From assembly GCF_001194135.2 (NCBI RefSeq), contig NC_069005.1, positions 20,762,855 to 20,826,854 of the forward strand: DNA of 64,000 nucleotides, in the 5' to 3' direction. Source of the stretch: Octopus bimaculoides. Lineage: Eukaryota. Positions within the stretch are counted from its first letter, which is position 1, and each line of letters opens with the position of its first letter. Made by a program: the position numbers and the translations under genes. The notes beneath the pieces are model-generated. The model was not told where the DNA came from and made no database searches. It saw only the letters and a program-made list of their open reading frames with translations. Shown one piece after another: positions 25,922-40,402 of the stretch.

Positions 25922-28900
25922 GGCTCTTAGATCCTCCAGTGTTATGGGCAACGAGCCTTCTCCAAGCATCCCAGTGGTTTGCTTTTCTCTTAATTGTACT
26001 CAGGCTGATTCCCATTGCTATCATTTTATTCTGGAACATACAACACCATGTCTTCTTTTTCTTCCTTCCGGCATCCACTTTATCATAATGGTAGCATATC
26101 TCTCCTGCAGTAATCAAAACTACATGGCAGTAAACTACAATATACCACTTGGTCACCATGTCTTGCAAACTTCTCATGCCAGCTCTTCTCATCACCTCAT
26201 TGTTTCTGAAACTGTCTTGGTAAGAGAATCCCAGGATAAAACATAGGCAGCATCGATGGAATGCATCCAGCAAGTGATGGATCTACACTGCCTTCTTCCA
26301 GGTTTCATGGGTGTAGATAGCTGTTTGGTATGACCATAGATGAGTATAACTGCAGCATTATTTTCTTAATGATGGTTTCTTCATGAAAAACATACTCAGT
26401 ACACTCTGTAAAGTATGAGGCTGTGAGAGCTCTATAGTTCATCCAAGACATGATACCTCTATGGTACTGATATCATGAAAAAGCACCTGACACATTCTGT
26501 AAAGTGGCTGGTGTTTAGAAATGAAACATGGGTGAGATGAAGTCTTCAATCCATCTTGATAAGCAGAGTTCCTGAATATGTGCAGACTCTGACTGTGGAA
26601 GCATGTGGCTTATTGGTTAGGGTGTTGGACTCATGATCGTAAAGTTGTGGTTTTGATCCCTGGACTGGGTGATGCATTATGTTCTTGAGCTAAATACTGC
26701 ATTTCACATTGCTCCAGCTCATTCAGCTGGCAAATATAACAGACTAGTGTCCCATCCAGGAGGAAGATATCTGTGCCACAGAAACCAGCCTTCTGTGTCC
26801 ATATGACTCAGAAAGGATCTTATTTGGCTGTGACAACCCATCAAACCTATCCTACTATGTAAAGTTGATGTAAAACAACAATGATGATGATGATAATGAT
26901 ATATATATAAATGGTACCTGCCAACTGTGGTACATTTTTGTCTGGTATCCCATGATGATATATTAGTTTGGAAAGAAAGCCCTGCTGCATTTCAAGATAG
27001 GAAAGAATCAAACACATTTTTCATCTTAATTGATATATTTAATCAAGATAATATTTCACCTCATTATTTATAACAAAATCCCGTCTATTTAGCTAATTGT
27101 TGAATCCTTGGTTCCTTGGTTGTTAAAATATTTTAGGTTTCAAAGCAAAGAAATGCAAGGTCAGTTTTAACCTCTTCACAATTTATGAAGTGTTTTCCTC
27201 TAAATAATGTTGCAATAATCTGAACAGATGATAGTCAGATGGAGAAAGGACAAGCAAGTAAGAATAAAGAGGTAAAACTTCCATTTTTAGTGCTATAACC
27301 TTTTACTGTGTGACTTTGGCAATATAATATTCATTATATTCACACACAAATTGGAAAAAAAGTTTTGTCACATTTTTCACAAGACCTCATTGATGGGTAC
27401 TTTCTCAGTACTCAGAATAAAATAAGCATTAATCTTTACATTCTAATGTGTTTGTTTTTTTTTTGTTCTTTCTTTGCATATTACTTTATATCATAGTGGT
27501 TAAATTTGTATTAATTTTATCATTTAAAATGAGTTTAGATCAGATCCATATGAGACACTGCATGCTGCATGAATTCAAAAGAAACACGTCAACAGTGGAA
27601 ATGGCAAGTAACATTGTAGTGCATCCAAGTACTGTATACAATAAGACTATTATTGTATATTTGTTCTGTCTATGGAAATGCAGCTTTAAGTGTTTGGACA
27701 TACCAATGATGGCTGGCCAGTTTTGAGTTTTGCTCAGGAAATTTTTCTCTCACAGAGTTTTCTCAATCTGGATGACGGAGTTCTGTTAGTATTGTGCTTC
27801 TAAAATTGTAGTTGACAAACATCCAAAGCAAACTGTATAGGAATTGGCAAAACAGTTTAACTCAAGTCATATCTTAATCATAAAACACCTTCATGGACAA
27901 GGAAAAGTGTCTAAATTTGGTCAGTCGGTCCCACATCATATGATTCCTTCTCAGATTAATCAAAGAGTTGCCCTCTTCTTATCATTGAAGAGTAGACTTA
28001 CTACAGAGACTTTCCTGAGTAGAATCATCACAAATGATGAAAAGTGTGTTCTTTATAATCATATCCATTTAAAACCACAATGGCTAGCATCCAATGAAAA
28101 AGGAGAATCCATTCCCAAACCAGGACTATATCTAAAAATAAGTTATGCTTTTTGTTTGAAGGGACTTGAAGGGTGAAGTCTATCATGGAGTGTTAAACGA
28201 AACAAAACTGCTCTGAAAATGGCATAAAAATTTACAGAAAATGCATGCATCATTGGTCAGTCATAAAGGGGTGGTGCTCTGCCATGATAATACAGGACTA
28301 CATATTGCCAAAGTCACATACATGATGACTGTGTATTCTAACATTTATGATGACTGTGTGTTCATTAGCACAAGGGATTCGGGGACACAGGTGTCCAAGA
28401 ATTTCTGTGTCTTGTCAGCTAGAAGTATTTTAGGAACACATCAGAAATAGTCTCTCTTACATACCCAGATGACTTAAGAGAAGTACTTGATAGCTTTTGT
28501 TACCAAGAAGATGTAATTAGGAAGGGAGGTGGTTGCTCTGAAATATAATAACCAAAATAAGAAAGAGTTGAAGAATGTTCAGGGAGCAAGCTATAGCTGC
28601 TGATAGCAAAGATGTTTACCCTTACAGTGAAGAGCAAATTGTATGATATGTGTTAGAACTGCAATGCTGCATGATAGTGAAACAAGGGCCTTGAATGCAA
28701 AGGATACGAGAAGACTGAATAGAAATGAAGTGTGTGTGATCAATTAGATGTGCAATTTTAGTGTGCATGAAAGGCATAATACAAAACCGCAGAGAGAAAA
28801 ACCGAGCTTATGAAAAATAAGATTTGTGTTCAAGAAAGAAGATTGCACTGTTATTGACATGTGGTGCATATAGATGAGGACAGCTGTATGAAGAAATGCT

Positions 28901-31900
28901 GACTGCTTAATGTAGCTGGAACATGCTGGAAAGGGAAACTCAGGAAGACATGGGATGAAATGGTGAAGGATGAGCTGGGACCCTGAGATTGACAGAAGAA
29001 ATGACAAAAGACTAGGATCTTTGGTAATATGAGGTTCTTGAAAAGACCTGCCCTCCTCAGAAAAACTGAGTCCTGAAAGTGCTATGTATTATGCTCTCTA
29101 CCCTTATTACAGTGATTCATCCCCATCCCACACACTATTCCTGCAGACAATCCAACCATGTCATCTCCCTCTCTTGTCCCTCACTGTCAAGTGTATCATC
29201 ATCATTAGTTTTCCCTCACCACTCTCTTCTGCATCATTCTATCTTCCCCAACTCATGACTCATTGTTCATCCACCCTTCAACTCTACCCATTCTTGCAGT
29301 CTACTTCCCCATCCCCTCATTTCCTTCTCATACAATCTTTCAAACCACCCAGCCATCCACCCACTTCTACTCATCTTGTGCCTTGTAGGGGCACCTATGT
29401 ACCTCATCACCATTATTATCTCTTTGCACCTCCTACTAATCACTTTCTCTTTTCTCTCTCTCCCCTCCTCCTGCTAAATGTGAGTAGCCCTGCAGATCTT
29501 CTACAAGAACCTGCCCCATCTTTACATAGTTTAAACCCTTATTACCAAATTTCCAATTCTGAAGTTGACTTCCACACCTTCCACAGGGTTTACAGCCTTG
29601 TGACCTCAATAATGAAGGTGGCATGAAAAAAAGCACCTAGTACTCACTGAAAAGTAGTTGGCATTAGGAAGGGCATCCAAGTAGAGAGAGAGACTATACT
29701 GAAGCAGACACTGAAGTACAATGTGGTCCACAGACTCATCAGATCTTGTCAAAACATCCAATCCATGCCAACATGGAACATGAACATGAAATGATAATGA
29801 AAATGATGATGATGATGTGTTTGGCATGTAAAAGCACCCACTACAGTCTCGGAGTGGTTGGTGTTAGGAAGGGCATCCAGCTGTAGAAACTCTGCCAAAT
29901 CAGATTGGAGCCTGGTGTAGCCATCTGGTTCACCAGTCCTCAGTCAAATCGTCCAACCCATGCTAGCATGGAAAGCAGACGTTAAACGACGATGATGATG
30001 ATGATATATATATTCACACATAATAGAGAGACAATAGAGCAGTCACCATATTCCTTTCCATATCGGCTAACTCTGATGAGCATTAGGTTATATAATTGGA
30101 TTATTACCTAACACTCCATTGTATTCCTAGTGCAAAATCGATTGGTAAGATCAGCTGTAATGGATATATAACAGTGCATTTTGGATAATAAATACACACA
30201 CACACACATATATGCACACACACACATGCATATACATACAGCTGCCCTCCTTCATATACATCACATGTCCATACCAGCAGTTTTCTTCCTTGCACACAAC
30301 CTCTGATTCCTCATATGCTCAATTCTTCTCTCAGTACATTTATACTATGTCTCTCATGCACATTTTCATTGCACATCCAATGGTGCATGCTCACTTCATT
30401 TCTTTCCAGTTTTCTCATGTCTTCTACATCTAAGCCTACGTCTCACTACCATGCGGCATTGCAGTTCTAACATATATCACACTATATGGGATAAAACTTG
30501 TTAACAACAGCAGTAGTAGCTCTCTGAACTTTCTCCGACCCACACTTACTCTGACTACTATACTTTCAGAGTAATTAACTCCCTTGCTGATGACATCTCC
30601 TAGCTAGCAAAAGCTATCATGTACTTCTAGCAAGCTGTCCAGGCATTCAAGGAGTCTATTTCAAGTGTGTTCATACAACGTACTGTTCAAGTGCATCTAT
30701 CATATTCAAAGTTCATGTTCTCTGCTAGTTTGCATATGATTCTACTACATCCCTTTTTGTCCTTAGCTTACTTTGGGTACAGTGTAAGGAGTTCATACTT
30801 CTTCTTTTTCTGTATATTGAGCAAGATCATTTCCCTGAAGGTACCAGGCTCTTGTCTTCTTTCCTACTCACTAAAACCTTTGTCTTTTCTAGGTTTACCT
30901 TCAAATCTTTCGATCTTAGGTTTAGCTTCTAAGCCTAGAATTTTCTCTCTAATTCCTCAATGAGAACTATATCATCAGCATATAGAAGCTCCCATGAATC
31001 GCCAGTCTTAAACTCCAATGTGATGGCCTGTAGGGCTATGATGATTAGGAAGGGTCTGAGAACTGAACCTTGATGGACTCCAACCCTCATGCGAAATTCC
31101 TCTGCGTAGTGCTAGTTGACTCACATTATTTAATGTGTTTTTATACATGGCTTATACAGACTCACTTGATATTCATCAATGGTTAGTTTCCTTAATAAAC
31201 ACCAGATGACTTTGTGTGGTACCCTGTTCAAAAGCCTTCTCTGGTCAACAAAGGCCAGGAATAATGGTTTACTCCTAACCAATTATTTCTCCTGCAATTG
31301 CTTCACTAGGAACCTCTTCCAAACACAAAATTCAATTGCACTTCATTGAGGTCTATCCTGTCATGAAATATATATATATATATGTATATATANNNNNNNN
31401 NNNNNNNNNNNNNNNNNNNNNNNNNNNNNNNNNNNNNNNNNNNNNNNNNNNNNNNNNNNNNNNNNNNNNNNNNNNNNNNNNNNNNNNNNNNNNNNNNNNN
31501 NNNNNNNNNNNNNNNNNNNNNNNNNNNNNNNNATACATATATACTCTTTACTCTTACTCTTTTACTTGTTTCAGTCATTTGACTGTGGCCATGCTGGAGC
31601 ACCGCCTTTAGTGGAGCAAATCAACCCCAGGGATTATTCTTTGTAAGCCTAGTACTTATTCTATCGGTCTCTTTTGCTGAACCGCTAAGTTACAGGGATG
31701 TAAACACACCACTATTGGTTGTCAAGCAATGTTGTGGGGACAAACACAGACACACAAACATAGATACACACACATACATATGTCAAGAATAGACAACACA
31801 AAAATACATACGCACACTCATGCATGCACACATGCATACACACACACACACATGTATAAGCACATATATACATACGATGAGCTTCTTTCAACTTCCATCT

Positions 31901-32031
31901 ACCAAATCCACTCATAAGGCTTTGATAAGCCTGGAGCTGTTGTAGAAGACATTTGCCAAAGGTGCCCAGCAGTGGGACTGAATCTGAAAACATGTGGTTG
32001 GGAAGCAACCTTCTTAAGCAAGCAGCCTAGC

Positions 32032-32066
<35 letters not shown>

Positions 32067-35000
32067 TATCCATGCATATATCATCATCATTTAACATCTG
32101 TTCTCCATGCTGGCATGAGTTGGATGGTTTGCCAGGAGTTGGCCAGCTGGGGAGCTACACCAGGTTCCATAGCCTATTTTGGCATAGTTTCTTATTTCTT
32201 TATTGCCCACAAGAGGCTAAACATAGAGGGAGCAAACAAGGACAGACAAAGAGGTTAAGCCGATTACATCGACCCCAGTGCATAACTGGTACTTAATTTA
32301 TCGATGAAAGGTAAAGTCGACCTCGGCAGAATTTGAACTCAGAACGTAACGGCAGATGAAATACCGCTAAGCATTTCGTCCAGCATGCTAACGTTTCTGC
32401 CAGCTCGCCGCCTTCACTTTGGCATAGTTTCTACGGCTGGATGCACTTCTTAATGCCAGCTATTTTACAGAGTGTACTGGGAACTTTTACGTGACAACAG
32501 CACAAGGGCTTTTACAAGGCACTGGCGTGGGTGCATTGTATGTGACACCAGCACCCATGAGCCTGCGAGACTAGGATCTCTTGTATGAGAGAGGGACGTA
32601 GAGGACATACCTGTATACATGGACAGACACAATTTGCCTTAGCTTGACGTACTTATCAAGTACAGCAAACCACCAGAATTCTTGGTCCCTTGTCATCTCC
32701 TCTGTGAAGCCCAGTATCTGATACATATATAGCTATGAATGTATATATGCATGCATACACACACACATACATATATACAATGTATGCATACATATATATA
32801 TAATGTATGTATACATATATGTATATATGTATCATGCACACACACACACATAGACACATGTATATATNNNNNNNNNNNNNNNNNNNNNNNNNNNNNNNNN
32901 NNNNNNNNNNNNNNNNNNNNNNNNNNNNNNNNNNNNNNNNNNNNNNNNNNNNNNNNNNNNNNNNNNNNNNNNNNNNNNNNNNNNNNNNNNNNNNNNNNNN
33001 NNNNNNNNNNNNNNNNNNNNNNNNNNNNNNNNNNNNNNNNNNNNNNNNNNNNNNNNNNNNNNNNNNNNNNNNNNNNNNNNNNNNNNNNNNNNNNNNNNNN
33101 NNNNNNNNNNNNNNNNNNNNNNNNNNNNNNNNNNNNNNNNNNNNNNNNNNNNNNNNNNNNNNNNNNNNNNNNNNNNGTGGAGCTTTAGGTGTTTTCGCTC
33201 AATAAACATACACAACGCCCGGTCTGAGAATCGAAACCATGATCCTCCGACCGCGAGTCCGCTGCCCTAACCACTGAGCCATTGCACCTCCACATATACA
33301 TATATATAATGTATGTATTTATACATATATATATGTTTCAAGCACACACACACACACACACAAACATGTATATATATAATGTATGTATGTATACATATAT
33401 ATATATGTATGTATGTATCATGCACACACACACATATAATGTACATATGTATACATATATGTATGTATAACACACACGTATGCATGTGCGTGCATACACA
33501 CACACACACACAGACACACATCATTTGTTTTAGATGTTTTGTTTACCAATCTTGTGTAGCTTAAAGGAATACACATTTAGAATTATTTAACTAAATATTT
33601 AAATATATTTAAATATATTAATAAATTATAAAATATTGATTCACCAGATATCTTTGTGGTTTCTTGTTCATTTTGTCCCATTTTTATGTATTTTTTGTTT
33701 ACCCCCTTAATTTTCTAATTATTTCTGGGTGAAGTAATCTGGGTCACTCTGGCTGCTGCTGCTGCTTACTTACCTGGGTGATTTCTTACTGGTAGCCTTT
33801 ATTATCAACGATGCACTAGCTTCATCCGTCTGAAGAGAAACAAAATAACATCAATCATATATTGCAGGTGGTGATGACGACGGGGATGATGATGATGATG
33901 ATGATGATGAAGAGCGGGAGGAGGAGGTGGTGGTGGTTGCAGGTGGTGGTGGAAGTGGTGGTGGTGGTGGTGGTGGTGGTTGCAGGTGGTGGTGGCAGTG
34001 GTAGTGGCAGTGGTGGTTGTGGTGGTTGTGGTGGTGGTTGCGGGTGGTGGTGGTGGTGGTTGTGGTGNNNNNNNNNNGTAGCAGTGGCGGTTGTGGTCGT
34101 GGTGGTGGTTGCAGGCAGTGGTGGTTGTGGTGGTGGTGGTGGTTGCAGGTGGTGGTGGCAGTGGTAGTGGCAGTGGTGGTTGTGGTGGTTGTGGTGGTGG
34201 TTGCGGGTGGTGGTGGTGGTGGTTGTGGTGGTGGCACTGCTGCTACTGATGATGATGATGATGATGATGATGTTAATGGTGAGGATACTGATGGTGATGA
34301 TGATGGCTATGTTGTTCATGCAAGAACGATCATCATAATTATCAGGATCATAATTATCTACATCATTTACACCACCACCACCACCATTCACTCCACCATG
34401 GCCACCATCATTAAGTTCATTCAAGTATACCAAGTGATCGAAGGAGTTGTTTTGTGGCGGTTCCAACCTGCTAGAAACAGTAGCCAAATCTCCTCCAGAT
34501 TACACCTTAGATATAGTCTTAGACACTACATTTGGGTTTCAAATTTTGGCACAAGGCCAGCAGTTTCATAGGAGTGGTTATCATCTGCTTTAAAGGGAGA
34601 CAAGCATCCCTAATTACTAGAAAGGGGTGAGAAGGAGCAAGCAGAGGAACAAGAAATACAGACAGCCACATTTATTGATGAGTTGATTGTTTTATGAATA
34701 TAAAGCTTTTGTTTCCTCTATATCTGAATGCATTGTTGTTTGTTATTTAACATTGGTTGAAGAGTGATTGAGTGGTGAATACAAGATGGCTTCACATTAC
34801 TTGCACCACCTCCTCAAAAAAAACAGAAAATTATGATTTGAGGAGGAAAGAAATGTAGATTTGAGAATAAGTGACCAGCTTAGAATTTATAAGACAAACC
34901 TCATTGTCTTCTTAACATTAGAAAGAAAAACCAGAGAGGCTGTTCTAGAAATGGATAATCCCAAAATAACAAAAAAATATTGACTTCAAATTTTGGCACA

Positions 35001-38000
35001 AGGCCAGCAATTTTGCGGGAGGGGTTAAGCTGATTCCATCAACCCGTGTTCAACTGGTACTTATTTTATCGACTCCGAAAGAATGAAAGTCAAAGGCAAT
35101 CTTGGCAGAATTTGAACTTAGAGACGAATGAAATACCACTAAGTATTTTGCCTAGCTTGCTAACCATTCTTGCCAGCCACCATTGTTCAGCATTGCTGGA
35201 TCTAGATTTCTGCTTGTTAGCTTCAGCAGCAACAAATATCCATGTCACCACATGTCAGGCAAACATCAGCTGCTAGCTGATATAGCTAAACTGTGATTGA
35301 AAGGTCACTGATCTTGTATTTCGCTGGCTGAAATCAAGATCCAGCCATTTCACCACCAATGCTGGGCAACCTTCGCCTACTACTGCTATTTTTCTGTTTT
35401 TAACATTATATGTCTATAAGAGATATCTCTCAAGATAAATACCACAGATTAGAAGGCCTTCAACGTATACACACTTTAAGTACATATACAGATCACTGAT
35501 TTTGAACTAATACTCCTTCTCTTATAAATAATGGATATTGCTACTTTAAATGCTGATGGTGGAATGCAACAACTCAACCAGAAATTGGATACACTTTGTT
35601 TCAGAGAATTCAAACCAACTGGCATTTGTCCCATATGAATCGTTCAAACAATTTCAACTGCCGAAGGACACAATAGTGACTATTTTAGCCAGTTTGATTG
35701 TCATACTGTGAGACTTATAAGGAGCACTAAATAATTTTTCTAGAAGCTGTGCTTGTGTATAGGGCATGAGAAGAGTAGACATGTTGCACTAAGTCTGAAT
35801 AAAAGACTTGATGGCTATGGGTGGCAAGGTTTTAATTACAGGTCTGGTGGATCAAGGCAGACTTGGGGTAAACAACAACAAATTTAACAAAAAAAATCTT
35901 AAACACAAAACAAAAGTACTGACCTCTTGTGGGGTGGCCACACTTCTCGTTGTTACAACAAGTCCAGGGGCTGAAGTCGTTGTCAAATTAGTAACCCCTA
36001 CAACACCAGGACCTCCACTGTTTGTAGGGGTTGCACAAGGTGTACCTCCACCGCCCACTGAACCAATGGACGGTGGGTCGGCAATGTCTGCCGTTGTTGG
36101 CACAGAAGATGCTATAGATACGGAAGAAGAACTGACTGTGTCTGAGCCTTGGCGTCGTGGAAGTGAGTGTTTGCGCTGCAAAGACTGAGGTGAGTGTCGC
36201 TGTATGGGTGATGTCGCCTTCGTTGACCCATACACTCGGATCTTTTCATCATCATCAGACTCGAAAGCATCATCAATGGTAAAAGAGCTGCTGGCCATCA
36301 CTGTTGACTCTTGATTGGAAAGACTGTTATCATAAACATTTCTCGATTTGGTTGTTGTTGTTGTTGCTATTGTTGGCGTTATCACCAAAACATCCTCACT
36401 GCCAACTGAGAAGAATAACAAAAGAAAATATAATTAATAATCTCCTGGGAAGCTTTTATATATGTGTGTATACATTTATGTATACACATTATGCTGTTCT
36501 CTATATACATGTATGTGTGTGTGTACTTATATACATACATACATTCATACATACATGCATACATACATACACACACACACACACACATATATATTATGCA
36601 TATATATGTATACACACACATATATATACGAGGGGCTACCCAAAAGTAACAGGAAATGTTCTCTGTAAGACAAGCCCATTGTAGTTCAGGCATCCACCCT
36701 TAGAAGCCACTTGATGCCACCCTCAGGCATCAGTTTGTCAACTGGCATTGTCGAGTGAAGTCGTACTGCCATGTGGTGCATCTTTGTTTTGCAGTGCTTC
36801 TCTGTTCAACGATTTTTGTGATGGCTGAAATGAAGGGACAGCATGCTTCCATGAAATTCTATTTTCTGCTGGAGAAAGTGGTGGCCAAAACAGCTGTCAT
36901 GCTTCAAACAGCTTATAAGAACACTGCTATGCACAAAACACAAGTTTACAAGTGGTTTTCATGCTTTAGAAATGGTCGCTTGTCGCTTGAAGACCAACCT
37001 CATTCAGGGCTTCTGTCGACCTCTTGAACAAGGGAAAACATCATGAAAATTCACAAACTGATCTAGGTGGACCATCACTGAACAATTGACAAACTTGTCG
37101 ATATGATTGGTGTGTCCTGGAGCTCCTGTCAATGAATTTTGAGTGAGGAATTGCAAATGAAAAGAGTTGCAGTAAAATTTGTGCCTTGCCTGCTCACAGA
37201 TCAAAATCAGTCAGGACTGAATGCGTATCATGAACTGATAGAAGAGTTGGAAATTGATCTGGACCTGTTTTTGAAGGTCATCACTGGTGAGGAAAGCTGG
37301 TGCTATGGAATTTGCAGATGTGGAAGAGGTGAAGAAAAAAAACAATGGAGACATTAAAAGGCATCACTTTGCTAGAGTTCCAGTGCTACTTCAAACAGTG
37401 GAAAACACGTCTGGACAGATGCATTGCTTCAAATAGAGAATACTTTGAAGGCTATAAAAGTGTAAACATGTAAAACTAAGTGAATAAAATAATATTGTAA
37501 AATTCTGGTTTCTTTTGGGTACTCCCTTGTATAAGCATGAATAGGTATGTACATATATATAAGCATATATGAGTATATACGTATGTGTGTGTGTGTGTGT
37601 GTGTGGTTTGATCAGTAAGTATCTGGACTGTTGCTATGGAAATGAAGTTAAAGCATGGAGAGTGAAGCTGCTTGGCACAAATTGACCTTGAACTCTGCTA
37701 TGCATGTGCACTAAACTTTAACATTCTAGCCCACTTCCACTGTTTACAGCAGTGCTTGGAAGGAAGGTGTGTAGCATGTGATCATCACATTGACCATGAC
37801 AGAGAAAGTTAAGCAGAGAATCTGCATCAAGTTTTGCCAAAAGCTTGGAGATACCTTCTCAGAGGCCTACGCAAAGTTTTCAAAAAATTTTCATCATTCT
37901 CAGCACATTCAAGGATATCTTGTGCAACTGAAACCCAAGTGTCTTTTTGTTCAGCTGAAAACAGTCTTGGCACAAATTTGGCAGACACACGTCTCACACC

Positions 38001-40335
38001 CAAATCTTTAGTGATAACGGACTGAACTGAACCGTAACTAATCTGCACATACTTTGATAACTCATGGATGGTGTTACAAGAATATTTCAGGATTTTAAGA
38101 AAATTGAGCCTGATTTAAATTTGTTATCTTATCCTTTCACTGCTGATATTGATACAACACCTGAGGATGTGCAGCTTGAATTAATTGCCATGCAGTCAGA
38201 TCACACACTGAAAGAAATGTTTAATTCTGTGACATTGATAGAATTTAACAGATCTCTATCTACTGACAAATTTTCATGTGTGAAGAAATTTGCTGGGAAA
38301 ATGTTTTCTATTTTTGGATCCATATGTATTTGTGAGCAAAGATTTTTCTTGCATGAAAATCAACAAAGATTAAAAATAGATCCTCTGTGACTGACATAAA
38401 GTTGCAGACAGTGATGAGGATCTCAACAAGCAACCTCACTCCTGATTTCAAAACAATTGTAAATAAGTGTGACAGGTTACATTTGTCTCATTAAATTACT
38501 TGTGCTGGCTGATGTGTAATTTGCACATAAATAAACTTAATGAAACCTTTTCTGCGTACCACTATTGTTTTAGTTTTATTTATTAATTATTATGATGTAA
38601 TTTACACTTTGCATTAAATGAAATGTAATGTTAACTAATGAATATGACCAGTTATAGAAGGTGTGGCTCTCTGCTAACCATAACCCTCTCAAAGTGGCCC
38701 CTGAGCCAAAAAACAATTGTCTACCCCTGACTTAATGTATATACTTTTCACTCCAATCCTTCCTTCATTTTTTGACGAACTGGTAAGTACTGATATCCTC
38801 TATTGGGGGATATTCTTTATTTTTTATATTTTCAAACTTTTCTCTCTCTCTGATGACAGTATACTTAGCTTATTGTAGAATCCTCATTGAATATCATGAT
38901 CCACTGCTTGGTTATTCTAAAGACAGTTGTAAGAAACTCTATCTGTTTATATTCTCTATTTAAATTTAATGTTTTATGAGTAGATATCAAATGTTTTGCC
39001 TTTTCATTTTTTATTTTAATCTATATATAANNNNNNNNNNTAAATATATGTATATATATATGTATGTATGTATAATACACATACACACACATCATCATCA
39101 TCATGTATATAAATATATGTATATATATATGTTATATATTATATTGGTGTGACTGTGTGGTAAGAAGCTTGCTTCCCAACCACATGGTACCGGGTTCAAT
39201 CCCACTGCATGGCACCATGGGCAAGTGTTTTCTACTATAGCCTTGAGTTGACCAAAGCCTTGTAAGACAGAAACTGAAAGAAGCCCATTGTATATATATA
39301 CAGTACATATATACAGTACATATGTATGTGTGTGTGTGTGTGTGTGTCCCCACCATTCACCACTTGACAACTGGTGTTGGTGTGTTTATGTCCCCATAAC
39401 TTAGTGGTTTGGCAAAAGAGACTGATAGAATAAGCACTTGGCTTAAAAAATAATATCACTTGTATCCCTCCATTTCTCACATCTCCAATACTTGTACCAC
39501 TCTACTTGCCCTTCAGCAGATCTATGTACACAGAAGATTACATTTGGCCACTCATCTCCTCTTCCATCCAATACAATTTAATTTCCTTGTAGTATGAACC
39601 ATACCTATTGCTACCCTCTGAACCATATCTATCACTACCCTCTGAACCATATCTATTGCTACCCTCCACATACTCTCATCTTTATCACATCATGCACCTC
39701 TACCTTTGTCTATCTGCTATTGCTAGCCATTCTCCCTCTCTCCAACTACTTCTACATATTCTTTCCATCATACTCTTATTTCTTCCACCCCACCACCCTC
39801 ATCCTATCTGGTCCTTCTGATGTCCTCATTCTTTCTTTTTCTTCTACAATTTCCCAACACTATCACCTGTGCAAATGTACACACCCTAATTTAGTAAGTA
39901 CTTTCTATGTCTATATTTACTTTCCTACTCCCATTTCTCTAATACCCATTTCTGACCTTTCTGTTATCATTATTCCTCTTGTAAAATTACAATTACTTGC
40001 ATGCAAAGCCCCACCCTTTCCCTTATCATTTGTTTGCACTGTAAAGAGTTTTGCTAAACAGGTAACACAAGTGTAAGTCTATGACATCCTCCTAATTCTG
40101 TCTCACTGAAGACTATGCAATCTCTTTAGTGTTGGTGCCATGAGAAAATACAGACCGTTCAGTAAAGAGGTTGGCATTAGGAACGGTGTCCAGTTACTGA
40201 AACCAGGCCAAATGATGTGTATGAGAATCTAACATTTGGGAGTTCTAGCTCCCAGAGTGACTTGGGAAGTGACGACCCATCTTGCCCATGCTAGCTTGGA
40301 ATGACAATGTAAAATGATGATGAAGATATACGTAC

Positions 40336-40402
<67 letters not shown>

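Noticed and set aside
26918-26984. Exon candidate GLSFQTNISSWDTRQKCTTVG with faint similarity to the human Ser-rich segment
   Set aside because: Available acceptors give phase 1, not the needed phase 2, and the donor is weak; it would need a further unseen exon
33177-33291. tRNA gene
   Set aside because: A and B boxes are present but there is no acceptor stem; it is a SINE head
33851-34571. Four overlapping 100-210-aa ORFs
   Set aside because: (GGT)n/(GAT)n low complexity is open in several frames on both strands
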